Below, in pieces: positions 36,383 through 49,985 of a DNA stretch of 64,000 nt. Position 1 is the first letter of the stretch. Each line of letters starts with the position of its first letter. A model generated the notes under the pieces. That model worked only from the letters and a program-made list of their open reading frames with translations. It did no database searches and was not told the DNA's origin. The stretch comes from Laetmonice hystrix (taxonomy: Eukaryota), in contig OZ249439.1 of NCBI GenBank assembly GCA_965235115.1, forward strand, positions 38,998,001 through 39,062,000, given 5' to 3'. The position numbers were made by a program, and so were the translations under genes.

Positions 36383-39300
36383 CCGATGTCGTGGTGAATT
36401 GACACCGGCACGTACCCAGCGTCTTCCGTCCGTGTTGGCCTCCATGGCGGACCCCCAGCTGGGCGAGCGGTGTCACTGGGGGCTGCGGGATCCGGACACT
36501 GACCGACCGGTGACACGATGTCATCGTGGGGGTCCTCCCCCGTCTCCCTCCTACCTGCGACTGCCGCCTCTCCAGGGTGGGTCCACAACATATTTGGTGA
36601 CCGCGATGGGATGGTCTCCTTGACGGCACCGCGTGGCGCTGCAGTGTGGACATACACACTCCACGCGATGCCTGATCTCATGACCGTCCAGTACACGGAC
36701 TCCCAACCCTGAAAGGTAAGTCGGACGGCGGATTGCAGGCGGTTGCCGCATGGAGGGCACAGTGATAGTTTCGGCTAGAGACTATGCACGTTTAGAACGG
36801 GCGGCAAGAAGGGACAGCATCATTTTGTTGTTCACAGGCGTTGTCGACGGCATTGCCTACCATGCTGCGTACCTAGCCACTAGAAGAATGCTCATCCTCA
36901 TCGCCCAAGACAACCTAGCGCTCCGAGTGTTCGATCCGGTCAGCTTCGAGATCTATGAGGATTCTCTGAGAAACGAGGACTAAAATCGAGTGTGGCCATG
37001 CGGACAACGGCCAAGCCCGCCCTGAAGATTTTCTTCGTCGGGCGGGAGGCGCGCATTAGGGTGGCACCCACCGCCAGGTGCTGCAGCAGGCGACGATGCA
37101 GGGTGCCACTTGCGAGGTTCGGGCACAGTTGTACCAGCATCACTTAACTGGTACGTACGACGGCTGGACTCGCAGGCTGACGTTAAACACCATAGACGTG
37201 GCGATCATCCTGTCCCTGGACGGGGTGCACTACCCCCCCTTCGAGGCCCGGATCCCGGGGCCCAGGATCAGGCTGATCATTGACGGGGGGTGGAGTATCT
37301 GCTGGGCGACCCAGAGGCGCAGGATGGACGTCGCGCGCGCTCGGGGTGACCGTGGGAAGGTCAGTGGACCGGATCAGCTGGGAGGCGTGACTGGCCGCAT
37401 TGGACCTGGGGCGGGGGTGCGTAACCCCGCACTGGCCCAGGGCAGGTCAGTCAGTGTCGCGGGCTGGGCGCCGAGGGCGATGGTGCCTTCGCCTTCGGGC
37501 GCCGAGGGCGACGGTTCGGCGAGGGCGAAGTGCCGCAGAGGGCGGTGGACGCGCCGACAACACTGGACCTGCGGGATGCCAGTTTGGGAACGGACACTGT
37601 ATATAATGTGTATTTACCGTAGGCCATTTCTGGGCGAGCCTTTGTATAGCTAGGCCATAATTTGTAGTGGCGATTTGTGTATTTTATATTCGCCACATAA
37701 CGGACACTATAAACGGTAGGGCTTTTTCTGGTTGTGCAACCGAGTTATAGTATAGGCCATAACCTGCTTTGATTTATAACTGTGTGTTTTGTGTGAGCCG
37801 TAGTATATGATTTGTTGCGTAAATTTGTGCTACGTGTATAGTGCGCGCCTGAACGGAACAGGCTATGTGTTGGATCCCCGACGTGGATCGAGGGGGTCGG
37901 TCGGCCAGACATGATATTGTCTGGCTATGCTCGACAGTGAGACCACTATAGGGTGGTGCGGCTTAACCTACACGGAGGCCGGCTGTCGGAGCATACAGCG
38001 GTTGCCGGGAGGACCGCCTGGCGGCGGCCAAGGAAAATTGGGCTGGCCAGGCGGCGTGATCCTCAGTCGTGGCAAGGATTGACGGGCTACCAGTGGCTAG
38101 GGCGGGAGCGCTGATCACGCTCCAGGTGCGCCCCCTGGTGGCCGTCAATACAAGGCAAACGGAGGCCTTGGGAGTGCGCTCCTGCCGAGGGAGGCACTAC
38201 CCGTCTGTATGACGGGCGTGTGAGGACCAGCCGGTCCTGAGAACTTGACTTGGTAGGTGGGGTTACTCCACGGTGTGATGTGGAGGCCAGCGCCTCCGGC
38301 ACTATTGGGAGTTTGGTGGCACCAGTCGTTGCCGTAACCCCACCGAGGTAACGAAGGTTCCGGGTAAATGTATGTGCAGCGTGGGATGTGGTAGCTAGCG
38401 GCAGGATACCAGCTGGAATGCAAGGCTCACGCACCTCCACGGTAGCATCAGGCTACTCCAGGCTGACGTCGATTCCACCACACGCGATGGCCACTACCGT
38501 AGAATAGATTGAGAATGGACATACAATAGATTGAGAATGGACTTCAATCTTTAAGGGGGGGAGGTATGTTGCGGCTAGGCTTCGCAGCCGCTGGACATTT
38601 AATATAGTTGGCCTCCCCCGTATATATGTATGCCTATATATTTTTACTGTATACTTTACTATCTCTGTATGTTAGTATAGTCGAATCCTTGTGCTCGTTT
38701 ATATTCCCTTAAGGATGGGCGGCTCGGATGTTGTATATATATTTAATAATGTAGTTGCTGGAGTATTGGGTTCCCTTAAGTCGGATGCTGGTACGGGCTG
38801 GAACCGGGAACGCTCGGGCCGTCACCTCCCAAGTTGCGTAACGGTTGTATCGATACCGATGTCGTGGTGAATTGACACTGGCACGTACCCAGTGTCTTCC
38901 GTCCGTGTTGGCCTCCATGGCGGACCCCCAGCTGGGCGAGCGGTGTCACTGGGGGCCGCGGGATCCGGACACTGACCGACCGGTGACACGATGTCATCGC
39001 GGGGGTCCGTGTCGGTGACCGCGGCCACCGGGATCTACTGCTGGCAGAGCGGAGGGGGTGGAGTTCCGGCCGGGATGCCGACACGGACGGCGCTTCGTAT
39101 ATATAGGGGAACCGAATATCCAGTTAGTTATGGTTGTTTTGGCGCTCACCGACTCCACTCCTACTCTGGGAGTTGGTCAGTGAGAGAGTTGTTCTCGGTT
39201 GGTCAGTAGCATGAGGTTCGGCCTCTAGGTTAAGTAGAGTATCTCGCGATACTCTGTGTATATCGGAGAATACAATGATCACCACCGCCAGCCGTCGTTG

Positions 39301-39390
39301 ACTTGTCTTCACTGGGGTACATGGTACGGTATGTCCCCCCCGTCTCCCTCCTACCTCCGACTGCCGCCTCGCCAGGGTGGGTCCACAACA
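36383..39390 (+). mobile_element. Non-autonomous LTR retroelement: truncated 5' LTR, PBS, ~2-kb internal region without gag/pol, PPT, 3' LTR
   Basis: 3' LTR TGTTG(38567)...CAACA(39390), preceded by PPT AAGGGGGGGAGG. 5' LTR remnant 36383-36590 is homologous and is followed by PBS TGGTGACCGCGATGGGAT (36595-36612, 15/18 to tRNA-Trp complement). Confidence 0.82.
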
Positions 39391-40210
39391 ATGTCCTTCC
39401 TCTCCCTTGTGATGAATGTGCTTTGTCGACAAATGGAAGTTTCCTTGTATATCTTAAAAGTGGTTGAGCTTAGTTGCAAAAGGGAAGTAGGGGCCGACGG
39501 TCGTCTAAGAAATGACGGCTGATTAGGATTGGGAAGTTTCAATGTGAAAAAGAAAGGATTCTGGATTATTCTATCACACAGTGAAAAAAAATACTTAATT
39601 TGTAATCTTGTCTACCACGTCATTATATACTGGATAGGAAACACACAGGAATGTATGTAAGATTAGCTCCAGCCTTCCACCCCTAGGACACTTGGATCAT
39701 TAGGGAAGGGTGTCAAATGTCAGGCTGAAGAACGCGCCCAATTTTCCCGCCATAATGAACAGATCTAACCCTATTGCACGCCAAACTGACATTTTGTTGA
39801 TGAGTCACAGAGGGTATCCGCTGGGGCTCCATAAAATAATTTACAAATGTTGTATGTCACATTTAAGTAGATCTATTTTTTAAATTATATTTTTATTATC
39901 AATGAGAGTCTTTCATTGTGTAGCGTCGCACTGAAATATCATGTTTTGCACTACGTAATAACGTTTTGTGGGTACCAGTAGTTGCAAAACTTTTTAAGAT
40001 GTTTATCGATTTCTTGCAAAAATATCAACATATAGGTGCATTACAGACTGGCTGGTTGAGTTCTTCAATAAATTTTCACATGGCATTCCATACAGTCAAA
40101 TCATGGTGTTTTTACATAGTGCACCGGCTGTCAGCTAATGTATCCTGTGCTGAAACTGGCCAAGTTTCTGCAAGTGTTTAGATTTCACAGAGTTTATATT
40201 TTTAATGGTC

Positions 40211-41078
40211 ATGGCTAGCAACACTGATCAGGGACGCTCAAAGACAGCTATTTTCCCGGAAAAGATATGCTACTGATGATGACAAAGATGCTTAGCGATT
40301 GAGAAATGAAAGGAAGAAGATCAAGCAAGCCTCAGGGGAGGCAAAGATAGAGGGAAGGATAAAGTTTTATCACTTTTATGTCAACACTGAGACAGAAAAA
40401 TCAGAAACATTGAACAAGCTTGATCGTGTGAAAATCATTCTTGGCGAGGGAAACCTGTCAATGACATCCAATTTTGAAGCCCTTAATGCAGTGGTTGATT
40501 ATTACTTGGATCATCATCGACCAGTCAGTGACAATAGTGCTACCTCCGAGGAGTTGTCATCGGCATCAACAGGTGTATCCTCCTACCAATACTGCACGCA
40601 GGAAGACACAGAAGAGAGGATATATCCGACGACTTCCTCAAGTATTAAACATCTTTTGAAGCTAATCCAACATCATGACAGAACATGTCAATGTCCCCTC
40701 GAAATCAGTGACGTACAAGAGATGCGCCATGCAGGATCATACACCATGACCTGTACAGGTGAATGTCCATCCTTCCAGTATTCAACATCTCCACACATTG
40801 CAGGAGGAAAGTACTTGGTCAATATGAGGATGGTTCATGGATACATGATGTCTGGATTATTACCTGTCCAGTACGAACGATTCTGTAAAGATGCAAATAT
40901 AGGACTTGTTGGTGACACCCTCTTTAGCAGTCTGAAAGAGGTCTACAATGCTAAGACAAAAGAACAAGTAGTCAGGTCCATGCAAGAAGCACTGCGAGAG
41001 GAAATAGCCTCAGGAAACCTGGAAGGCATAGCTATAGTTACAGATGCTAAGCATGGATGGAGATCTGTTGCAAGCTAG
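40211..41078 (+). pseudogene. Kolobok-like DDE transposase N-terminal fragment
   Basis: HDRTCQCP...H...C zinc-like motif, N.RMVHG..MSG...YERFC, then IVTDAKHGWR (first catalytic Asp-like), after which it is truncated. Family assignment is from memory. Confidence 0.5.
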
Positions 41079-42801
41079 AACTGTGAAAAGATCCTGTCTG
41101 AATTCAAGGGTTATGACCGTCGTGGACGATATGACAGACCGTTTACCTGACAGTCCTGGAAGGGGCAACTTTCTCTTGGAAGTCCCCTTTCTCCAATATG
41201 ACCACCGACCTCTACGCCCACACGTATCAGAATACCAGTAGTACAGATCCTCTCAAATACAGTTGTTCCAACCTATTCATTATTATTGGGTACTATGTTA
41301 GGTTTAAACATAAATATATAGTGTATGAAAAATACCAGTCTCACTGAATACTTAAAATTGTACTAAAAATATTAACAAAGCCTTGGACGAATAATAGAGA
41401 AATAAGACATTCTTCCAAGGAAGAACACGTATATGCCCAACAAGTATCCTGGTGATGTTGTCAGTGTTCTGTGATAAAAACAGCTGGAGGAAGGAGAAGT
41501 GGGGTGAAGAGCTATACTGCCCTGCAAAGCCAGAGTGCAGTAACTCCACTTTCCATCAAAATTGAGATAGTGCACTGGGTGACCTCAGGAGAACATAATC
41601 TTTCATATAATGACCAATGCATCATGGTGAACTCGCCCTCTATAGGAGAAAATGAGCACTAAAATTTGCAGTAACTCCACAATGTGCATGTGAAACCAAT
41701 GCAAAATGCAGTAAGTCCACTTACTGCAGTCTGCCTTTGCTGCTTGCATGTGGGCTTGGAGTTACTGCAGTCTGCCTCTGTAACAGATTATTTACTTTGT
41801 AAGTTACTGCACTTTGCTCCTGTCAAATGGGCGTGCCCCAAATCGAGGCTTGGAGTTGCTGCACTGCACTGCACAGTTTGCTCACGGTGTAGTATCCTGT
41901 GTGCATATGGCATGATTGTGTCGAGATGTCCTTTTCAAGCAGGGGCAAAATGATGGTTGAAATGGCCCTAAGGGCCAAGAAGAGCAGCGGAAGCGGTATG
42001 TAATAATTTATCAATTACAATGTAGCATGATGAAGCATTGTTGGTAGTGGCAACATTGACATGGGCCGGCCCAATTTAGGTAGGCTTGTGACGGCTAGAA
42101 CATGATGTTGGCATCCTAACTTAATTTTCAGGGTTTCATCTGTTTTTGAGGCCTACCTAGGGCATTTACATATTTTACCAACTTGTTGTACAGTTTATAT
42201 CATCATTCATCAAGCAGCTGGTGCTTCAGTGAGGGACTCTGGTGCCGCTAGGTGTCTCGCCTAGTGGTCCTGAACGTCAAATGAATACGTCATGACGCCA
42301 GATGGACAGGCTAGCCAGGTCATCACAGAACTACATATGAAAGTGTGCAGCTATTTTGACGCCACATATGCGCAGAGGCACGTGGGACCGGCTAAGAGAT
42401 ACCATCTGGTGGCGTGAACGGCTTTCATTGTTTATAATAATCAATTGTACCGTTTCATTGCAGGGCTGCCAGTAACAACTAATGGTAGGGATCCCCAACC
42501 AGCAGAAAAAAGGCCACCGCGACAAAATCATACCATGCAAGGTAGGCAGGTCATATGATTTACTGAAACCACAGTGTATTTGTTCAATTATTAATATTTT
42601 ACCGATGGTAGTTATCCAGCCAGCATGTATACGTCTTTATGACGTCATTATCTGGTGTCAAGTGGTCACACTGGTCATCTGGTCACATGTTGACCAGTTT
42701 TTGACGTGAGAATCACGTCAGAATGTGATGGGTTTTTCTAACCACATTATGGCGTGAAAATGACGTGAGGATTTTAACATGTTCATGACCACTTTGAGTT
42801 A

Positions 42802-43743
42802 ATGACGTCACGTAGAAAGAGCACGTTTAGCAAGACAGATGTACCAGTTAGACGCCAAAAAGACTGGCCCGATGATTGCTACGTCAGGAGTGCAGACTTG
42901 CAAAAAGTTGTAATGCTTCCACGTATGCCGGGTAACAAAACCACTCTTTTCACAAGGAGACTTATTGCCTATCATGAAACTTTCGCACCTTTGGGAAAGG
43001 CGGGTAGAAAACAGAAGAAAAATACGACGTCAGTAGTTTGGCACGAAGCTTTAGCTGGGCGCAAAGCAGAGGAAGTCACATCTGCATTCATTAGAGCCAT
43101 CGAAAAAGAAAGGGATGCAAGGCATGTTATTCTTTGGCTTGACAATTGCATGGGACAAAACAAGAATTGGTGCCTCCTGACCAATTTAGTAGCACTTGTA
43201 AATAGTGACCGGGTGCAAACAGAGGAGATTACTCTCAAATATTTCGAACCAGGGCACACTTTCATGAGCTGCGACTCATTCCACCATGGAGTGGAACGGG
43301 AATTTAAGAATCGACCAGGAGGCAATGTCTTCGACTTCATGGATTTTGTAGATGTCATTGCAAAATCTAACTCTGGAAATGTTGACGTTGTTGTTCTAAG
43401 AAATGAGGATGTTCGCCAATATGAAGGAGGTCAATCGCAGTACAAGCTAAAAAAAGCTGATGTCCCACTCCTTAGGAAAATTGTGCTTATCCAGATCAGG
43501 AGAGGTTCAAGATTATTGTACATCAAGTGTGGTCATGATGCACCAGATTTCCAAGAATTGGACTTTCTGAAGAAAAATGTCTCCCTTGATCTACCACCAA
43601 TGCTCCGGAAAGAAGATAGAGGTATTTCAGCCTCAAAGAAGTTAGACATCATAAATAAACTGTGTCCCATGATGCCGGAAAACCGCAGACCTTTCTGGCA
43701 TAACTTGCTGGTAGATGAATCTGCTGAAGATGAGGATGGATAG
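42802..43743 (+). pseudogene. Sola1 transposase catalytic domain (5'-truncated)
   Basis: ADLQKV.MLP...FTRRL; WHEA.AGR; WLDNCMGQNKN; FEPGHTFMSCDSFH..VE. Confidence 0.85.
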
Positions 43744-44213
43744 TCATAAATTGAAACATTTGTCTTGATGTTCGCAAGCTAATACATGGCGTTCCAGTTT
43801 AGTTCACTGTATTTGGTTCCACTGAAGGAAAATTATTTGATGTTGAATTTTTTACAAGGTGTTTACAGTTCACATGTTAAAAATGCACCCTTTTATATTT
43901 TATAACATTTATGGCATTAAATGAATTCGGTGGTCAGCAAATCCAGGTTTGTAGTCCAACTCACTAATTTGCCGAACAGGACAATTTAGTTTCACAAGCT
44001 ACAAAGTACAAAATTGACCAATAGGGTGATCATCCTCTCATTACTACAGTTAGCCTGTTACTCCATCAAACAAACTGCGATGTGCACAGAATGCCATGTT
44101 TTACCATTTACAAACTCGTTAATTCCAAGTTTTACTGTTAACTGAACCCAGAAAGTGGTCTGTCGTTCATGAACATTTTATACGTTTACATACCACAGAA
44201 TGCCATAATAAAG

Positions 44214-46777
44214 GGGTCATTCCATGTGAAATCACCCAGGGCTCCCATAGTGATAGTCTCAGATTTGCTTCAAATTTTTTTAACATGTTGCCTGTGGTGC
44301 CAAATGAAAATATGCAAAGTTTTACCTCATTATCATTTATAGTTTTTTTTTATTAGGGGGTCAAAAAAGTGGGCGTGGCTCCTTTTATCGCGACAAAAAT
44401 GCTGCCGACAGATTTATTCCCATCTTTAGCAAGCCATAGCTCAGGAACTATCAACGATATCAACTTGATTTTTTCAACATAGATCCTTCATCATGTACTC
44501 TCTTGTTGGCAGGTGTCATATTAAAATTTAATCAAGTAGGAGTCAAGCAATTATCTGCTACATTTAAGCATTTTTCTGACGAAAATGAAAAATCGTCACA
44601 TTTCAGATCAGCTTTTCACCCATACCTCATAGGATGAATAGAGTTTAGTTGTTTCTAAATGATAGTACACCTAAAGGGCTTCCTACAGTAACAAAAGCAG
44701 TTACTTAACCCTTTCAGTGCGGAGTTTCTATTATTCAATCCATTGAACGAATTTTAATTTATTTTAGAGCATTTTCACAACTTTTACATTTTCCCTTGTA
44801 GATACCTTTGCAATAGAAGGATCAAGATGAAATTTTCACCAGATTTGGAGAACATCCTGAGGGTCATGGAAATTATGACTTTGACTAATTTTAGGGGGGT
44901 TGGGTCTCTGGGGGGTCACCTGAACCCATTGTAACACGGTTGAACACATTTTTTTCACACAAAAAATGGTAAAAATAGTTACGGGAAAAATAAAAACAAC
45001 CTCAAAAATAGCTTTTAGGTGGGGTTATTTCAAAATATAGATGATTTCTAAATACTCTGAGGTAGTTTGGGGCAAATATTTAAAAAAATAAAGATTTGGT
45101 GGATAAATGAAAAAAGTACAATATTGCTATTTTTTTGGCATTTGAGAGGGTCCCATACAGTTCATCCGCTTTGTAATGACCCCCCACAGGCCATGCTGAC
45201 AACATAAAATCATGTGAGTGATGCAGTCCTGCCCTCTAGTGTAAGGTATGCGTGCAGGCAACCATAGGTCCTTGCTGTGCTGCCATCTATTGATGGGTTT
45301 ATGTGTGGGCGACCAGAGGTCGCCAACCGTCTCTACAGAGAGTTTGAGCTTGGCGACCTGGGGTCGCCAGCCGCACTGAAAGGGTTAAGATCAGTAGTTT
45401 TCTGGCAAGAATAGCAGGTACCGGGTCTCAGCAGGAAAAAACCCTATTTGGGCCCCTTTTTTGAAGATGTGGGTATCCTTCGATTTTGATAATAATTATA
45501 TCATCAGAAAGCCCTTGATGTGTACCGTACCATCAACATACCTATTTTCATTGTTAAACTAGCACCCTTTCATCTTGAAAAAAAATATTGATTTTTAAAA
45601 GTATTGACACATTTCGGACGTCATCATGTCCACCATGATCTTTTAAAGATAATACTGAAAACACATTCCTATGCAAATTATTTTGATAATAATTATATCA
45701 TCAGAAGGTGCTCCCTTGATGTGTACTGTCACCATGCCTATTTTCAATCTGGAATCTGTCTGGTTGTCTGGCAACCCTGTAATTAGAATGTGCTCCTACT
45801 TTTTTGCCAGTTTCTGTCGATTGGCCTGCCACCTAGTGAAATATGAATGAACTACAATAGTGCTGATCTAGCAGTGCATTGGAATTTTCTTTACAGGGTA
45901 TCCTCAGACCTCACCTACGAAATGTCAAAATTTTAAAATACAGTAATTTTTTCCAAAATGAAAAGAGTACTAGTTGCACACTGAAAATAGGCATATACGA
46001 CTGTGTTTTCAGTATTATCTTTGGAAGATCATGGTGGGCATGATGACGTCTGAAATGTGTCATTATTGTTAAAAATCAATATTTTTTTTCAAGATGAAAG
46101 GGTGCTAGTTTAGCAATGAAAATAGGTATGTTGATGGTACACATCAAGGGCTTTCTGATGATATAATTATTATCAAAATCGAAGGATACCCACATCTTCA
46201 AAAAAGGGGCCCAAATAGGGTTTTTTTCCTGCTGAGACCCGGTACCTGCTATTCTTGCCAAAAAACTACTGATCTTAAGGAACTGCTTTTGTTACTGTAG
46301 GAAGCCCTTTAGTTGTGCTATCATTTAGAAACAACCAAACTCAATTCATCCTATGAGGTATGGGTGAAAAGCTGATCTGAAATGTGACGATTTTTCATTT
46401 TCGTCAGAAAAATGCTTAAATGTAGCAGATAATTGCTTGACTCCTACTTGATTAAATTTTAATCTGACACCTGCCAACAAGAGAGTACATGATGAAGGAT
46501 CTATGTTGAAAAAATCAAGTTGATATCGTTGATAGTTCCTGAGCTATGGTTTGTTAAAGATGGGAATAAATCTGTCGGCAGCATTTTTGTCGCGATAAAA
46601 GGAGCCACGCCCACTTTTTTGACCCCCTATTTAAAAAAACTATAAATGATAATGAGGTAAAACTTTGCATATTTTCATTTGGCACCACAGGCAACATGTC
46701 AAAAAAATTTGAAGCAAATCCAAGACTATCACTATGGGATTTGTCTGAAAATTGGGTGATTTCACATGGAATGACCC
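44214..46777. mobile_element. Foldback non-autonomous DNA transposon (Sola2-like termini), ~775-bp arms
   Basis: GGGTCATTCC...GGAATGACCC termini with 4-bp TSD AAAG. Arms are 44214-45664 (minus the insert) and 46003-46777. Confidence 0.82.
44709..45384. mobile_element. piggyBac-type MITE
   Basis: TIR CCCTTTCAGTGCGG / CCGCACTGAAAGGG with TTAA TSD. The empty site is visible in the opposite foldback arm at about 46270-46285. Confidence 0.92.
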
Positions 46778-48302
46778 AAAGGTATTTTTTGGGGAAAAAT
46801 AATCTCTTCTCTTCATTTAAATAATTCCCATCCAACAGTTTCAGTGAGATCTAGTTAGGTGATTGTTCACATTCTAACACCGGTTGGAGATACTGCATTT
46901 TGGTTCTGTTGGACCAAGCGGAAAAATTGCTAGACTGCTCAGCCAATGTGCATTATCTAATGCTGCTAAAATACTAAATTATTTTGAGTATTTTTATGTA
47001 AAGCCAAACAATTATAATAATTCATTGTCTTTGAATCTGTCATCAGGCCCTCCCTTCAAAATACAGTGTGCTCTGGGAAGACAAGAAACTTTAGGGTCAA
47101 TTTTCTCTTGTTGGCCTCCTCTGGAGATACTGCACTCTGGCTTTGCAGGGCAGTATAGCACTGAGTCGCTGCGTCATGCCTTTTAGCCCCGCCCCTCTCC
47201 CTGTCGACCCGCCCTGATAAGGGTTCATGAGCTACCCTTTATTAACGATTCTCCTGTTGTAAAGTGAGCCTTGGCGAGGTCACGGTTGGGCGACCCCACT
47301 GACCTACTTGGCGAGCGTTAATAATAGCACCACCCCTTGGCGGCTCTTGGCGAGGTCTCCAGGAAATCTTGGGCGAGCTCGCGGTCTTGGCGAAGTCTCC
47401 GGTATTCGTGATCAGTGACCTAATTTACACGCACAAACAGACGCTACTGCACCCAACCAGGTTCACTCAGTGAACCGACGATTTTTTTCGAAAACAAGCG
47501 GCCAGGTGGCAGGTCAGCGATCGCGGTCAAGCTCACGGAACCCAGGCGTGAAACAAACACGCCCAAAGTCAAAACCAGTTGTTAAAAGTAAGGCCATTTC
47601 CGCATTTGGACGACACGCACGCCGCCCCTCCCCCCGAAAGAAATATGAAATCTGGCCTACCTGAACGTTTAAGTATGCTGTTGTATAGTGGATCTTCGAA
47701 ACTGGGCTTGAAGCCTTTCCTGCTGCCGTGTTTGGGATGTGGTAAATTCCACGTGTCGTAAATACACACAAACATGATAAAAGATGTAAGGCGCGCCAAC
47801 ACCACACGGGCTCCATCTTGTAAGTCACATGATATCTCCAGTCACGTGACATTCCTCATGGATTTAGGTATCACGAAAATAAGTGTTTTCCGTCGTGCGA
47901 CTCGTGGTCAAGGAAAAACTTTTCTGCAGTTCATGTTGCTATCTATAGAAATTCCACTTAGCTTGTCTAACATAATAGTTCTTGAAAGATATTTTATGTA
48001 TTGAAAGTTGTTTTAAAGTTGTGAAAAGCCCGACACAGTTATTATTTTCATTTATCCTCGTGACACCAGTCTCAGTTCCGACCGGGAGGATAGGACAAGA
48101 CTTGTTTGGAAGTTTGGTAAGACGAAAGAAAGTTTAGAGGTGAACGAAAACGGACAGCTGCGAGTCTGGGGGTCATTTTCCACGAATCTGCAGGCCTTCC
48201 GGGAATGGGAATTAAAATTGAAACCAACGTTGTTTGTCCCCAGTCCAAGATTTGAAAATTAGCTGTGTGTGTGAATCTGATGACGTACTTCACGTAACGT
48301 TA

Positions 48303-48961
48303 ACGTCACAGGACCCTAATTCGCCACCAAAAACGATATATTTACTCATAATTGAACAATTATTTAAGTCATGATGTCAAGCAACCGTTTCAAACAAGCT
48401 GTCCATCTGCCGGGATGTTTCATTGGAAAACTAAGTTATTCCACCCCCTACTGGGGGGAACCCAGGCAGGGGTTATTATTCCAGTCAGGGTTACTCCAAT
48501 TGGCAAGATCAGTACCCTAATTCGCCATTTTAATTACACTAATTAACCCCCCCCCTCGACATAGGTTTTTAAAAAATGGTTAATTTTCAATTTTAATTTT
48601 TTTGCATTTTGGTACTCTGGCACCAGGTAATATATAAGGGGATGGGACAGGGGTATTGGGGTGATCAAGGGCATAGGGGTGGACTGGGTGGCTGAAACTG
48701 AAAGCAGGGGCACACCTAGCAGGTCTCAGGCCCCCTTGAAATTTTACTTTCCACATAGTTTCCTGAATGGACTGTTGTACCCCCTTTTCCAAGTCTTACC
48801 CCTTCCAAATTGATATCATGGATCCTCGCACATCTCAGCTATGTGTTTGTTTTATGTAGAATGTTATATCTAAATATTCTTTACAACACGGGACAAGTAT
48901 TTGCAGAAAAAGCTACGTCATGGCGAATTAGGGTAGCCGGCGAATTAGGGTCCTGTGACGT
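48303..48961. mobile_element. MITE with TA TSD
   Basis: 23-bp TIR ACGTCACAGGACCCTAATTCGCC, flanked by TA. Confidence 0.8.
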
Positions 48962-49190
48962 TAGAGTAGACTGGTCGGTCCGACTGGTCACTGCCACTGC
49001 ACTGCCACTGCCCTTGTCACTACTAGAGACGTCTATGTAAGAAGGAAACGGGGAGGAAAGTTTTCAGAGAGAGAGAAAAAAACGCCTCAAAGAAGGAAAT
49101 ATGCAGGGCTCTCAAAGTTGGCAGAAGTAGCGGGGTACAGAAGAGAAAGTAGGGTACAGCCCTCGCTTGGGCAAGTTGGGGGGGTAAATA

Positions 49191-49985
49191 GTCGATTCGC
49201 CCCACTTCCGATTCGCCCCGGTCGATTCGCCCCACTCGAAAAGACGATTCGCCCCACTGGTAGAAGACGATTCGCCCCACTCGGAAAGTCGTTTCGCCCC
49301 AGTCCAGACTGGACGCTAACTGACTCTATCATTCTATCAGTCTGCGTTTTTATTGTCTTGATACTATCCAGTTCAGTAAACAAGTCGTTTTGTGAACCAA
49401 TTAAGGCCGACCGTCTGGCCCGGAGCGAGCTGCTAACTACCGGCTCTGTACCGCGTGCTGTTGCCGGCCCGTACCGGGCTCCCCACCTCCACGGCCCGGC
49501 AGCCAGGCGGCCGGGTAGCGAGCCGCTGACGACCGGCGGAGCTGTACGTGTCTGTAGGCGGGTTCGCGTAGTAGGCCGTATCGGCCTAGTGCCCTAGACG
49601 GGATCGTGAGCTTGCAACCGCCGCAGCCACCCGCCCGCCCGCCGGCAACCGGCCTGCCTTACTCCACTCAGTCCCCGCTTGCGACCCTGACGCCCGACCC
49701 TTCGAACGGGTGCCAGGACGTCCCCGCCCGGCCCGCTTCTCCCCTCCGAGGCCCGGTGGCGGCCAAGGCCCATCGAGACGAGACAGTATTAGTACTAATG
49801 GCCTACCAACTAACTATAAAAGCTCCAGTGTGGTTAAAGAACTTAGGTTGAAGCAAATTAACTTCGAGATCATCGATGGGGCGAAACGACTTCGAGAGTG
49901 GGGCGAAACGACTAGGGGTGGGGCGAATCGACTAGGTTGTGGGGCGAAACCGACCCGGGTCGAAACCGACCTGGGGCGAATCGAC
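49191..49985. mobile_element. MITE with arrays of subterminal GGGGCGAA motifs (partial second copy at about 50385-50610)
   Basis: TIR GTCGATTCGCCCCA flanked by TA; 6-7 TTCGCCCC/GGGGCGAA motifs at each end. Confidence 0.78.

Larger units (their letters stand above)
41517..47153 (+). mobile_element. Sola1-type DNA transposon with nested insertions
   Basis: 32-bp TIR CTGCCCTGCAAAGCCAGAGTGCAGTA(A/T)CTCCA with 1 mismatch, flanked by TATA on both sides. Encloses the Sola1 transposase ORF. Confidence 0.65.
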
